NCBI GenBank assembly: GCA_963664305.2
Contig: CAXXLV010000002.1
Coordinates: 1,184,001-1,248,000, forward strand
Length of the DNA stretch: 64,000 nucleotides
Direction of reading: 5' to 3'
Source of the DNA: an uncultured Aliarcobacter sp.
Lineage (GTDB): Bacteria > Campylobacterota > Campylobacteria > Campylobacterales > Arcobacteraceae
Shown here: positions 1-10,147 of the stretch, piece after piece
Layout: every line of letters begins with the position of its first letter
How positions within the stretch are numbered: the stretch's first letter is position 1
Notes under the pieces: generated by a model
What the model saw: the letters and a program-made list of their open reading frames with translations, nothing else
Database searches by the model: none
Told to the model about the DNA's origin: nothing
Program-made: the position numbers and the translations under genes

Positions 1-321
1 CCTTTTTATTTTTACTCTCTTGAAAATCTTATATATATAATGACTAAACAAAATGTTTTAAGAGCAATATGTGAATCTTATATCTCATTATTAGAACATG
101 AAGGAAGACTTCATACTAATTTTGAATGTTTATTATGTGAAACTGAGATTTTAGGAAATGTTTCATTAGTTAGAGGATTTTTACCTATTCATGAAGAGTG
201 TACTAAAACTAAATCATTTGAGATAAAAAAAATAAAAGAATTTTTTGAAAAAAAGAAAATTATAGATTTAAATGATGAAGAAGTAGAATACTTATGGAAT
301 ATTCTACTTCAAGGTTTGTAG
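1..321 (+). CDS. recO: DNA repair protein RecO, C-terminal part (gene starts before the window)
   Basis: Frame is open from base 1 (PFYFYSLENL...). It contains LLEHEGRLH followed by CxxC...HxxC, as in Campylobacterota RecO. Confidence 0.75.
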   Translation, partial: PFYFYSLENLIYIMTKQNVLRAICESYISLLEHEGRLHTNFECLLCETEILGNVSLVRGFLPIHEECTKTKSFEIKKIKEFFEKKKIIDLNDEEVEYLWNILLQGL

Positions 322-324
322 TAA

Positions 325-1149
325 TTAAAGTTCGTCTAATAATCTATCTTGTAGAGTTTGAATTGCACTTCTTAAGATTTTTGTATCAAATCCATAAGCC
401 GTTGCTTTTTTAACTGCTTTTTCAATACTGTCATCACTTAATGGTTCTCTTACGTATGCAGCTGTTTTTATTACATCTAAAATTTGTGATCTCTTTTTAT
501 ATTCTGGAACAACATTTGATATATCATCAACATTTTCAATCATATTTATTAGATTATCACTTAATTTCCAATGTCTAAATATTTTAGCAGTAATTTGTGA
601 AGTTGTAACATCTAATAGCTCTTTTTCAACTACTTCAATACTAGCACCTGAAGCTATTTTTGTTTTAAATAACTCTGTTTTCCCTTCACTTGAAATAATG
701 TCTGCTAAGATAAACTTCCCTGTTTCTTGTAAAAGTGCTGGTAAAATGATATCTTCTTTTAAATCCACATCGATTTTTGATAACCATAAACTTGCCAATG
801 TAGAAGAAATATTTGATGCTCTCATAAAGTCATCACTATTTATTCCATATGGCTCTAAATTTGTCATTAATAAATTTTGTACAGTTCCACCAATTGCAAT
901 AGAAATTGTAAAATTAATTCCAAGTAAATTTATAGCACGACTAGGTGTTTCAACTTTTGAACGAAATCCAAACATTGCAGAATTTGAAATCTTTAACAAA
1001 GTAGAAATTATTAAGGCATCTTTTTCAATGATTTTTAATAAATCTACTGCTTCTTTATTTGGTTGCTTTCTAAACTCTTCAATTTCAATAATCGTTTTTG
1101 GTAATGGAGGAAGAGACTCTATTTTTTCAAGGATACTATTAGATAACAA
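325..1149 (-). CDS. HDOD-domain signal transduction protein
   Basis: N-terminal SLPPLP, D-x5-LLKISNSAMFG, and PALLQETGK (degenerate HD motif). TTG start. Confidence 0.85.
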   Translation of the reverse strand: MLSNSILEKIESLPPLPKTIIEIEEFRKQPNKEAVDLLKIIEKDALIISTLLKISNSAMFGFRSKVETPSRAINLLGINFTISIAIGGTVQNLLMTNLEPYGINSDDFMRASNISSTLASLWLSKIDVDLKEDIILPALLQETGKFILADIISSEGKTELFKTKIASGASIEVVEKELLDVTTSQITAKIFRHWKLSDNLINMIENVDDISNVVPEYKKRSQILDVIKTAAYVREPLSDDSIEKAVKKATAYGFDTKILRSAIQTLQDRLLDEL

Positions 1150-1221
1150 ATTTAAACTCCTAATATTCGTATATTATTTCAATTGTAACAAAAAACTAAT
1201 CAATTAATAATAAATTATTAA

Positions 1222-2325
1222 CTAAACGTTAAATCTAAAATGCATAATATCACCATCTTGAACAACATAATCTTTACCTTCAAGTCTTAATTTACCTGAT
1301 TCTTTACATTTAGTTTCTCCACCTAATGCAACATAATCTTCATAAGAGATAACTTCTGCTTTAATGAAACCTTTTTCAAAATCATTGTGAATTACAGCTG
1401 CTGCTTGTGGTGCTTTTGTATTTTTTCTAATTGTCCAAGCTCTAACTTCCACTTTTCCAGCTGTGAAATAACTCATTAGACCTAATTTATCAAATGCTTT
1501 ATGAATAATTTGCTCTAATCCTGATTCTTGAACACCTAAATCAGATAAAAATTCTGTTGCTTCTTCATCTGAAAGACCAACTAATTCTTCTTCAATTTTT
1601 GCACAAAGCATAATAACATCAGCATTTACATTTGCTGCCTGTTCTTTTACTAAATCAACATATTTATTCCCACCATCTGCTAATGAATCTTCATCAACAT
1701 TTGCTCCATAAATAACATCTTTATTTGATAAAAATCTTAACTCTTTATCTAAAGCTTTAAATGCTTCATCTTCAAGTTTTTCAAAAGTTTTTACTGGTTG
1801 TAATTCACCAATGTGAGCATATAATTCTTCAGCAATTACTAATTGAGAAGCAGCTTCTTTAGATGCTTTTGCTTGTTTTTTAAGTCTGTCAATTTTTTTC
1901 TCTAATTGAGAAATATCAGCATAAATAAGTTCTGTTTCAATAATTTCAATATCTCTTAAAGGATTAACATCACCTTCAACGTGAGTAATATTTCCATCTT
2001 CAAAACATCTTACCATATGTAAAATAACTTCAACTTCTCTAATATTTGATAAAAATTGATTTCCTAAACCTTCACCTTTTGAAGCACCTCTTACAAGTCC
2101 TGCAATATCAACAAAATCGATAGTTGAATGTTGAATTTTATTTGGATTAACTATTTTTGCTAACTCATCAAGTCTTTTATCAGGTACTGGAACAATTGCT
2201 TTATTTGGCTCAATTGTACAAAATGGATAGTTTTGTGCCTCTGCATTTTGAGCTTTTGTTAAAGCATTAAAAGTTGTTGATTTACCTACGTTTGGAAGTC
2301 CTACTATTCCTACACCTAATCCCAT
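1222..2325 (-). CDS. ychF: Redox-regulated ribosome-binding ATPase YchF
   Basis: GIVGLPNVGKST, NYPFCTIEPN, DIAGLV, and C-terminal EGKDYVVQDGD..FRFNV. Confidence 0.98.
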   Translation of the reverse strand: MGLGVGIVGLPNVGKSTTFNALTKAQNAEAQNYPFCTIEPNKAIVPVPDKRLDELAKIVNPNKIQHSTIDFVDIAGLVRGASKGEGLGNQFLSNIREVEVILHMVRCFEDGNITHVEGDVNPLRDIEIIETELIYADISQLEKKIDRLKKQAKASKEAASQLVIAEELYAHIGELQPVKTFEKLEDEAFKALDKELRFLSNKDVIYGANVDEDSLADGGNKYVDLVKEQAANVNADVIMLCAKIEEELVGLSDEEATEFLSDLGVQESGLEQIIHKAFDKLGLMSYFTAGKVEVRAWTIRKNTKAPQAAAVIHNDFEKGFIKAEVISYEDYVALGGETKCKESGKLRLEGKDYVVQDGDIMHFRFNV

Positions 2326-2595
2326 TATATTCCTTTTGTCTTTTCTACAATATCCATCAAATCATTGTTTTCAAGGATTTCTTATGATTTTAGTATAAAA
2401 ATAATCTCAATATTTAGCAATATTTTTCAAATCACAAGGATTTTTAAAGACTAAAAAATGATTAATTTTAAAACTTTATCAAAAGAATTCCTGCCAATGA
2501 GGAAGGTATTTTTTATAGAAGTATTATAAACGATAATGGCAAAGAAGTAGATAAAACGTATATTATTAAATATGATGAAAAAATAGACTTTTTTA

Positions 2596-4437
2596 TTATG
2601 ACAAAAATTCTACTCTATTTCTCCCATTTTCTTTAGCTTTATATAGTGCTTTATCTGCCATATTAATTATTTGTATATGATTATTGTTTTCATCTGGGAT
2701 AATTGATGTAGTACCAAAACTTGCAGTTATATATCCAAACTCTGATAATTCATGGGGTAATTTTAAATCTAGAATTTTTTCTTTTAAAATGTTAGCTAAA
2801 TTTAAAATATTTTTTTTATCACAATCTGAAACAATTACAACAAACTCCTCTCCTCCATAACGAGCAACAAAATCACATTGACGATGTAAGTTTTCTCTTA
2901 TTGTATTTGCGAAAATGATAAGACAATTATCTCCAGCTTGATGTCCATAAAAATCATTATATTTTTTAAAATAATCAACATCAATAATCATTAATCCTAA
3001 ATATTCTTTTTTTCTCTTAGCTCTTGATACTTCTTGTACAATTATTTCATCAAAATATCTTCTATTTGCAATTGATGTTAATCCATCAGTATTTGAAAGT
3101 TTTTCTAATTTTTTGTTTAATTTTTGAAGTTCTTGTGTTCGTTTTGTCACTTCATTTTCTAGATTAACTGTATTATATTTAATATTATTTGCCATAAATT
3201 GTAAAGAATTAGATAAAGATTCTACTTCAGAAATTAAACTATCTTGATGTTTTGTTTCTTCCCATTTACCATGTCCTAATTTTGTTGCCCAAATACCAAG
3301 TTCTACAAGAGGTTTGGAAACCCAATTACTAATAAAAATACTTAAAATAAATCCTAATGTTAAAATAACTGCACTAAATAAAAAGATATTAATAAAAAGA
3401 TTACGTGAAGGTTCGTTAAATTGACTTCGAGGTAACATACTTGCAATTGTTATTGTTGGACCATCAGGTAACTTATATTGCCAAGAATCTAAAAGATAAT
3501 TATCTTTATTAGAAGTTTCTACAATTCTACTTTTAGAATTATTTTTATCATCTAAAATTATTTTTGTTGCGCTACTTATAAGTGGATTTGTACTCTCTAT
3601 AGCTTTTATACGAACTGTTTTATTTCCAATTAATTCATATTGTTTTTCTAAAGAAGAAGTTGCAAGTAAATATCCTTCTTCATCAAATAAAAAAGCTATT
3701 CCTCCATTATCTTTTGTGATATTTGCAAGAAGATTACTAAGTTGTACTAAAGAAACATCAGCAGTTAAAACTCCAATAAATTCTTTTGAATTATTATAAA
3801 GAGGTGTTGCCATACCAATACCCATTGCATTATATGAACCTTTTGGATCATCTATTGCATAACGATATGCATTATACCAAGAAGGTTTATTTGTACTAAC
3901 TGCTGCTTTAAACCATGGTCTTGTTCTTGCATCAAAATTAGGATTTCCTACAGACATTAGATTTGTTAGTTTATTATCTTCATCTACACGATATAAATAC
4001 ATTATTCTATTTTCTTTAATGGTTGATTGTAGTATTCTTAATGTTTTATCATCACCTAATGGTGGTCTACTTGCTGCAAAATATTCACCATTTGCTGTAC
4101 CAATAGATAAAAAAGTAAGTATAGGTTGCTGTTTTAATTGTAATAAAAAGTTTTTTTGTACTTCTTTTGGATGGTCTGCATCCAACATTCCAGCAGAAAA
4201 TTGTTCTTTGTTATAATTAACTACAAGACGAGATACTTCAAAAAATTGTAAAACTTTTTCATAAACTCTTGCACTAATTTCACTTGCTAATTGTTCTTGA
4301 AATTTTGTAGATGACTTTTCTGCTGTATAGTATAAAAACCAAGTTTCTATAGCAATTGTCGGGATTAAAATAAGTAAAAGGGAAATAAGTAACAGTTTTT
4401 TTAAATTTATTTGATATTTCATAAATTTATTCATCAA
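2596..4437 (-). CDS. Membrane diguanylate cyclase (Cache sensor, HAMP-like linker, GGDEF domain)
   Basis: Two TM segments, Cache signature FDARTRPWFK, DGLTSIANRR, active site RYGGEEF, and RxxD I-site (RQCD). Confidence 0.92.
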   Translation of the reverse strand: MMNKFMKYQINLKKLLLISLLLILIPTIAIETWFLYYTAEKSSTKFQEQLASEISARVYEKVLQFFEVSRLVVNYNKEQFSAGMLDADHPKEVQKNFLLQLKQQPILTFLSIGTANGEYFAASRPPLGDDKTLRILQSTIKENRIMYLYRVDEDNKLTNLMSVGNPNFDARTRPWFKAAVSTNKPSWYNAYRYAIDDPKGSYNAMGIGMATPLYNNSKEFIGVLTADVSLVQLSNLLANITKDNGGIAFLFDEEGYLLATSSLEKQYELIGNKTVRIKAIESTNPLISSATKIILDDKNNSKSRIVETSNKDNYLLDSWQYKLPDGPTITIASMLPRSQFNEPSRNLFINIFLFSAVILTLGFILSIFISNWVSKPLVELGIWATKLGHGKWEETKHQDSLISEVESLSNSLQFMANNIKYNTVNLENEVTKRTQELQKLNKKLEKLSNTDGLTSIANRRYFDEIIVQEVSRAKRKKEYLGLMIIDVDYFKKYNDFYGHQAGDNCLIIFANTIRENLHRQCDFVARYGGEEFVVIVSDCDKKNILNLANILKEKILDLKLPHELSEFGYITASFGTTSIIPDENNNHIQIINMADKALYKAKENGRNRVEFLS

Positions 4438-4477
4438 ATCCCTTTATAAAAATTTTATAAGATATTATTACAAATCT

Positions 4478-4496
4478 GTGACGGATTCGTGACGGA
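4478..4496. promoter_or_regulatory. GTGACGGA direct repeat (11-bp period), probable response-regulator binding site
   Basis: gtgacgga at 4478-4485 and 4489-4496. GC-rich motif in an AT-rich divergent promoter region. Confidence 0.6.
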
Positions 4497-4551
4497 AAAT
4501 AATTATCAAAGTTTAGCTAAAATATTTACTTTAATAAAATAAAAAGGATAA

Positions 4552-6309
4552 ATTATCAAAGTTTTATTCCTAATTCTATTTATATTTTCAACTTTATTTT
4601 CTTCTACATTTGAGATTGAAAGTGAAAATATTTATAATAAATTTCAAATACATTATTTAAAAGATGAAACTTCAAAACTAACTATTGAAGATATAAAAAA
4701 ACAAGAATTTCTCCAAACAACAAAAAATAATTTTAATTTAGGCTATGAAAAAGGAACCATTTGGTTTAAATTTAATGTAAAAAATATCAGTGAAATTGAA
4801 GATTTTATTTTAACACTAAATGAAACTTTTTACGAAACTGCAAATTTGTATTATGAAAAAAATGGAGAAATAAAAAAACTTTCCAATTCTTTATTTACTT
4901 TAATAAATCAAAGAGAAGTGAAGTCAAACCAAATAGCTTTTAATATAAATCTACCAAAAAATGAAGAAAAAACAGTTTATTTAGAACTTCATGGGAAATA
5001 TGCCTACTTTGGAAAAGTAGAGATTTTTGATAAAGACTATTTTTATTCTAAACAACCTATGGGAATAAATGCAATTTTTACTTTTTCTTTAGGAATTATC
5101 TTTATATTGATTTTTTTTACTCTCTTTTTATATTCAAAAAGCAAAGAAAAAATTTATCTTTATTATTTAGGATATAGCTTCTTTTTATTTATCTATTTTT
5201 CAAATATAAATGGCTTACTTGTTTTTTTAAATCTACAAAAATATATTTATGATTTACAACTAAGTGCTGCATTTATGGTTGGATTTTTAACTTTGTTTTC
5301 AAAAGAGTATTTGCAAACAAAAAAATATATGAAAAAAACAGATAAACTTTTAACATTTTTATCAATACCATTCTTTATTTTAGGGCTTTTAGTAGTTTTT
5401 TCTTATCAACCTTGGAATAAATTTATAAATAATTTTTCAGGGATTATTTGTATTATCCTAATCATTCTTTCAATTATGATTTATTTTAAAGGTCATAATC
5501 AAACAAAATTTTATATTTTAGCAATAGTTACATATTTTACATTTGTTGTATTGTTTACATTTATGGTAAATGGAACTTTAGAATACACTTTCATTACAAG
5601 ATATGGTTATGTTTTTGGGGTAATCGCTGAAATGATTATTTTTTCTTACTTACTTGCTAACAGATATCATTTGATGCAAGAAAATGTTCAAATTTATCTT
5701 GAAGAAGAAGTTAAAACTAGAACAAATGAATTAAATCTAATGGTAAATGAAAGAGAACTTTTATTAAGAGAAATTTATCATAGAGTAAAAAATAACTTTC
5801 ATATGATTATTGGAATGTTGCATTTAGAAAATTCAAAAAAAAGTATTGATTTTTTAGGACTTATAAATAGAGTAAAATCAATGTCATTGATTCATGAATA
5901 TTTATATAGCAATAAAAATTTATCAAATATTGAAATTGAAAATTATTTAGAAAAATTAATAAATAATCTAAAAATTAGTTATCCAAAAATAAATATTAGA
6001 TTCAAAAGTGAAAACATTCCTTTAAATTTTGATAATGCTTTGTCTTTAGGAATTATTATAAATGAAATTCTTACAAACTCAATAAAACACAATGATAAAA
6101 AAGATTTGTTTTTAGAAATCGAACTACAAAAAGAGAATTTAAAAAATATATATGTTTGTATAAAAGATAATGGAAAAGGTTTTGAAGATATAAAATATAA
6201 AGGTTTAGGATTAAAACTTGTAGAACAATTTTGTAAAAAACTTCAAAATGGGAAATATGAATTTTCTTTTGAAAACGGAGTTAAATTTGAATTACGATTT
6301 AGTATATAA
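4552..6309 (+). CDS. 7TM-DISM sensor histidine kinase (HisKA_2 type). True start lies upstream of the ORF-track start at 4846.
   Basis: Frame is open from 4552 (IIKVLFLILFIFSTLFS... signal peptide, then FNLGY..GTIWFKF of the DISM extracellular domain). Seven TM helices, EIYHRVKNN H-box, DNGKG. Confidence 0.85.
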   Translation: MIKVLFLILFIFSTLFSSTFEIESENIYNKFQIHYLKDETSKLTIEDIKKQEFLQTTKNNFNLGYEKGTIWFKFNVKNISEIEDFILTLNETFYETANLYYEKNGEIKKLSNSLFTLINQREVKSNQIAFNINLPKNEEKTVYLELHGKYAYFGKVEIFDKDYFYSKQPMGINAIFTFSLGIIFILIFFTLFLYSKSKEKIYLYYLGYSFFLFIYFSNINGLLVFLNLQKYIYDLQLSAAFMVGFLTLFSKEYLQTKKYMKKTDKLLTFLSIPFFILGLLVVFSYQPWNKFINNFSGIICIILIILSIMIYFKGHNQTKFYILAIVTYFTFVVLFTFMVNGTLEYTFITRYGYVFGVIAEMIIFSYLLANRYHLMQENVQIYLEEEVKTRTNELNLMVNERELLLREIYHRVKNNFHMIIGMLHLENSKKSIDFLGLINRVKSMSLIHEYLYSNKNLSNIEIENYLEKLINNLKISYPKINIRFKSENIPLNFDNALSLGIIINEILTNSIKHNDKKDLFLEIELQKENLKNIYVCIKDNGKGFEDIKYKGLGLKLVEQFCKKLQNGKYEFSFENGVKFELRFSI

Positions 6310-6320
6310 AGGTTATTTGT

Positions 6321-7016
6321 ATGAAAAAAAATGAATTAAATATTTTGATTGTTGAAGATGAAATTATTGCAAGTCAGTATTTATTAAATATTCTAGAATC
6401 ATTAGGCTTTATAAATATTTTTGAAGCTTCATGTTTTGAGGAAGCTTTAGAAATTGTAAAATCAAATAAAATACATTTATCTTTTATGGATATAAATATA
6501 AATGGCTCAATTGATGGAATTAACAGTTCAAGACTTTTAAATAAAGAGTATTTTTTACCTATTATTTTTACAACTGCTTATGGAGATTCACAAACTATAA
6601 ATGAAGCAACAGATACAAATATATTTGCTTATTTAATAAAACCTTTTGAAAAAAATCAAGTTGAATCTTCTTTATTGATTACTCTTAAAAGAATAAATAT
6701 CTCTTTTGATAAAATAATTGTTTCTAACAATGATATTTTAGAATTAGGAGTTAATCAAAGATATAATTTACAAAATCAAACATTTTATATCAATAATAAA
6801 GTAGTAAATTTAACTAAAAAAGAGAATGATATTTTATATATTTTATGTAAAAATCTAAATCAAAATATCTCTTATGAATGTTTATTGGAATATGTTTGGG
6901 GAGATAAAAATATTTCAAATTCCACTATAAGAGATACTATTTCAAGATTGAAAAGAAAAGTTCCTACTTTAAATATAGAAACAATAATCAATTTTGGATA
7001 TATTATAAAAGCATAA
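6321..7016 (+). CDS. Response regulator with OmpR-type winged-helix output
   Basis: ILIVEDE, FMDINI, YLIKPF. C-terminal LTKKE...VWG...ISRLKRK...GY. Confidence 0.9.
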   Translation: MKKNELNILIVEDEIIASQYLLNILESLGFINIFEASCFEEALEIVKSNKIHLSFMDININGSIDGINSSRLLNKEYFLPIIFTTAYGDSQTINEATDTNIFAYLIKPFEKNQVESSLLITLKRINISFDKIIVSNNDILELGVNQRYNLQNQTFYINNKVVNLTKKENDILYILCKNLNQNISYECLLEYVWGDKNISNSTIRDTISRLKRKVPTLNIETIINFGYIIKA

Positions 7017-7062
7017 CTAATTAAATAAATGATTGATTTACACTAATTCATAGTTAAATGCT

Positions 7063-8532
7063 CTAAATTTTTTTCAATTTTGTATTTATATCTTTAGCTT
7101 TTACTTCATCTTTTCCTATAAACTCTTTTGCATTTGCATTACTTACAACTAGTTTTGCTATATCATCTGTTAATACTGCAATATCATGTGTTTGTGATGC
7201 TATCATTGCATTTTGTTGTGTTTGTTGGTCTAAACTATTTACTGCATCATTGATTTGTTCAATTCCAGAAAGTTGTTCTTTACTTGACATTTGTATATCT
7301 TGAATTAAATTTATTGTATTTGTTATATTTTGATTTAACTCTTTATATCCATCAATCATATGGTTTGCTATCTCTTTTCCATCATTTGCTTTTTTAGTTG
7401 CATTTTCTACTATGGTTTTTATCTCTTTAGCAGCTTCTGCTGATCTTGACGCTAGATTTCTTACTTCTTGAGCAACAACTGCAAATCCTTTTCCAGCTTC
7501 ACCAGCAGTTGCAGCTTCAACTGCTGCATTTAAAGATAATATATTTGTCTGGAATGCAATTTGATCAATTACTGTAATTGCTTCATTAATAGAATTAACT
7601 TGAATATTTATCTCTTCCATTGCAATAGTTGTTTGATTTGCTAGTTTTTCACCATCATGTGCTGATTTTGTTACACTATTTGAATAACTCGCCATTTTCT
7701 GAATATTTTCTGTATTATTTCTAATATTTGAAGTAATTTGTTCTAATGCTGCTGCTGTTTCTTCTAAAGAAGCTGCCGCTTCATTCGAACTAATATTTAA
7801 TTTATCAACATTTGCTAAAAGAATATTTGAGCTTTTATCTAATGTTAATCCATTTGATTTATTCTCTACAAGCATTTCATTTACAACATTTGCAAGATTG
7901 TTTAAACCAACTGCTACTTCACCTAAGTCATTTCCACTTATTCTATGAGTAAAATCTAATTTTTGATAAGATAATAAAGCATCAGATATTTTATTTAAGT
8001 TACCATCCACTTTATTAGATACTATTTCAAATAATTCATTTACACCATTTTTAAGTTCTTCAATTCCTTGATTATGAGTTGTTTCAGTTATAGTTTGTTT
8101 TAATGCACCAGATTTTGCTAAATCAATTGCTTTTTTTACAGCATCGATTACTTTTTTTGAATCTGTTATATCTTGAGCAAATTTAACTACACGAGTTACT
8201 ATTCCATTTTTGTTTTTTACAGGAGTATATGAAGCTTGAATCCAAATAGAACTACCATCTTTTCTAAATCTCTCAAATTCATCTATTTGAGATATTCCTT
8301 TCGATAAATTACTCCAAAAATCACTATAGTCTTTAGTAGTTATATATTTTTTATCACAAAACATTTTATGATGATTACCCACAACTTCATTTAATTTATA
8401 ACCTAAAGCATTTAAAAAATTATCATTTGCATGTAGTATTGTGCCATCTGGTTTAAATGAAATAATCGCAAAGTTTTGTTCCATCGCATTTAATCTTCCT
8501 GCTTCTTCTTCTGTTTTTGTAAAATTAAACAT
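7063..8532 (-). CDS. Soluble PAS-domain methyl-accepting chemotaxis protein
   Basis: N-terminal PAS ([21 protein letters not shown]), MCP hairpin [30 protein letters not shown], no TM helix. Confidence 0.93.
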   Translation of the reverse strand: MFNFTKTEEEAGRLNAMEQNFAIISFKPDGTILHANDNFLNALGYKLNEVVGNHHKMFCDKKYITTKDYSDFWSNLSKGISQIDEFERFRKDGSSIWIQASYTPVKNKNGIVTRVVKFAQDITDSKKVIDAVKKAIDLAKSGALKQTITETTHNQGIEELKNGVNELFEIVSNKVDGNLNKISDALLSYQKLDFTHRISGNDLGEVAVGLNNLANVVNEMLVENKSNGLTLDKSSNILLANVDKLNISSNEAAASLEETAAALEQITSNIRNNTENIQKMASYSNSVTKSAHDGEKLANQTTIAMEEINIQVNSINEAITVIDQIAFQTNILSLNAAVEAATAGEAGKGFAVVAQEVRNLASRSAEAAKEIKTIVENATKKANDGKEIANHMIDGYKELNQNITNTINLIQDIQMSSKEQLSGIEQINDAVNSLDQQTQQNAMIASQTHDIAVLTDDIAKLVVSNANAKEFIGKDEVKAKDINTKLKKI

Positions 8533-8895
8533 TATTCATTCCCTTTTTTATAATAATTTTTTTAAATGTATTTAAATACTTTATATTCTTTTATTTGCCT
8601 TTTTCTAATATTTATCATTTTTAATAAATATTTTTATTATTATTTAATTAATTCTATATACTTAAAAATTTTTACATAAGGAAAATAAAAGAAAATAACA
8701 ATCTATTAATCTTATTTATTTAAGATTAACCATTCATTTTATTATATAAAAAAATAAAAAACATTGATTTCCATCAAGAAATAATTTGATTTTTATATTT
8801 AATCTAATTTTATATTAAAATTATTTTACATTATTAAGTTAAATTCTTAATATTTAAGTATGCTATTGTGAGATAAGATAAAGAGTAGTTTAAAA

Positions 8896-10071
8896 CTACT
8901 CTTTTGTTATTTTAGCTTTTTTCTTTTTATGTCTATTTATAAATAACATAAATCCAGTTATTACAAATAATGCCATTAATGATGATGCTAAAAACATACC
9001 AATTTGCCCAGCAAGTCCAAAATATTCTCCTGTATGTAAAGGTAAAATACTTCTCATCAACTGTTCATTTAATGGTTTTTCATCAAATCTTTCATGTTTA
9101 ACTAATTGTGAAGAATTTATATCTAATTCTAAACTATTTGATTCTCTAAAATGATTAGATTGCTCATCTAAATATGAAAAACTATAAATAGTTCCTTTTT
9201 GAGGTAATTTAACTGTAAAACTGTAATATTCTCTTTGAATAAGCATATTAAACATATTTACTGCTTTTTGTAAATCATCAAATTTTGCAGATGGATTTTC
9301 TTCTCTTTGTGGTTCTTTTTGACCAAATTGTCCTTCAGGTTTTTGTCTTTGTTGCATTTGAGGAGCTTGTTGTCTTTGAGGTTTTTCTACACCTGCTATT
9401 TTATAAAGCATTGTGTTATACCATTGATAAGACCAGAAAAGTCCAGTTAAAGTTACTAATAAGTAAAAAGGAATTACCCACATTCCAACTGCACTATGCA
9501 TTGTTGATAAAAAAGCTCTTCCTTTATGTTTAAACTTAAATGTAAAACTTTTGAAAAATGAATGTTTAATTCTTCCCCAATAAATTATAATACCACTTAT
9601 AACAAGAGTAATTAAAGCAATAGTAGAAATTGCAACTATTTGTTTTCCAACTTCACCCATCATCAATCTTCTATGTAAATCTAATATTAAAGAAAAAAAT
9701 GCTTTTCCTTTTACTTCTGGTAAAACCTCAGCAGTATAAGGATTAAGATAAATATTTACACCTCTTTTAGCTTCTCTTCCCTCTCCACTTCCAGCTATAT
9801 TTATAACTGTTGATTCTTCTTTATTTGTTGAAATTGAAATACTATTTATTTTCGCTTTTGGATTAATTGTTTGGTATCTTTCTAATAACTCTTTTGGAGT
9901 TAGTTTTTCTTGATTTGAAGGAATACTTACATAAAAACTATCTTGATTGAATAGCCTTGTTAATTCTTTTTCAAATGATAATGTAGCCCCTGTTAGTCCA
10001 ACTATAAAAAGAACTATCCCTGCTGATATTCCTAAAATCCAATGTATTTTAAACCATATTGTTTTGTGCAA
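8896..10071 (-). CDS. PepSY-associated TM helix protein (PiuB-like iron-regulated membrane protein)
   Basis: FKIHWILG, YLNPYT, LDLHRRL, MHSAVG and LPLHTG His-bearing helices. Confidence 0.88.
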   Translation of the reverse strand: MHKTIWFKIHWILGISAGIVLFIVGLTGATLSFEKELTRLFNQDSFYVSIPSNQEKLTPKELLERYQTINPKAKINSISISTNKEESTVINIAGSGEGREAKRGVNIYLNPYTAEVLPEVKGKAFFSLILDLHRRLMMGEVGKQIVAISTIALITLVISGIIIYWGRIKHSFFKSFTFKFKHKGRAFLSTMHSAVGMWVIPFYLLVTLTGLFWSYQWYNTMLYKIAGVEKPQRQQAPQMQQRQKPEGQFGQKEPQREENPSAKFDDLQKAVNMFNMLIQREYYSFTVKLPQKGTIYSFSYLDEQSNHFRESNSLELDINSSQLVKHERFDEKPLNEQLMRSILPLHTGEYFGLAGQIGMFLASSLMALFVITGFMLFINRHKKKKAKITKE

Positions 10072-10132
10072 TTTTTCTCCTTTTTAATTTGTGAAAATAT
10101 AACAAATTAATTTTAATGATTTTTTAACAAAT

Positions 10133-10147
10133 TGATAATAATTATTA
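10133..10147. promoter_or_regulatory. Fur-box-like site
   Basis: TGATAATaATTATTA, 13/14 match to TGATAAT-n-ATTATCA, upstream of the PepSY gene. Confidence 0.6.

Noticed and set aside
698..1207. Antisense or nested ORFs in the track (for example 698-1207, 26511-27053, 49562-49903, 59022-59357, 58518-58763)
   Set aside because: They are shadows of well-supported genes on the other strand or frame and show no recognisable motifs.
8533..8895. Long, extremely AT-rich intergenic region
   Set aside because: I saw no ORF, clear DnaA-box cluster or convincing repeat. It is treated as the chemoreceptor promoter region.
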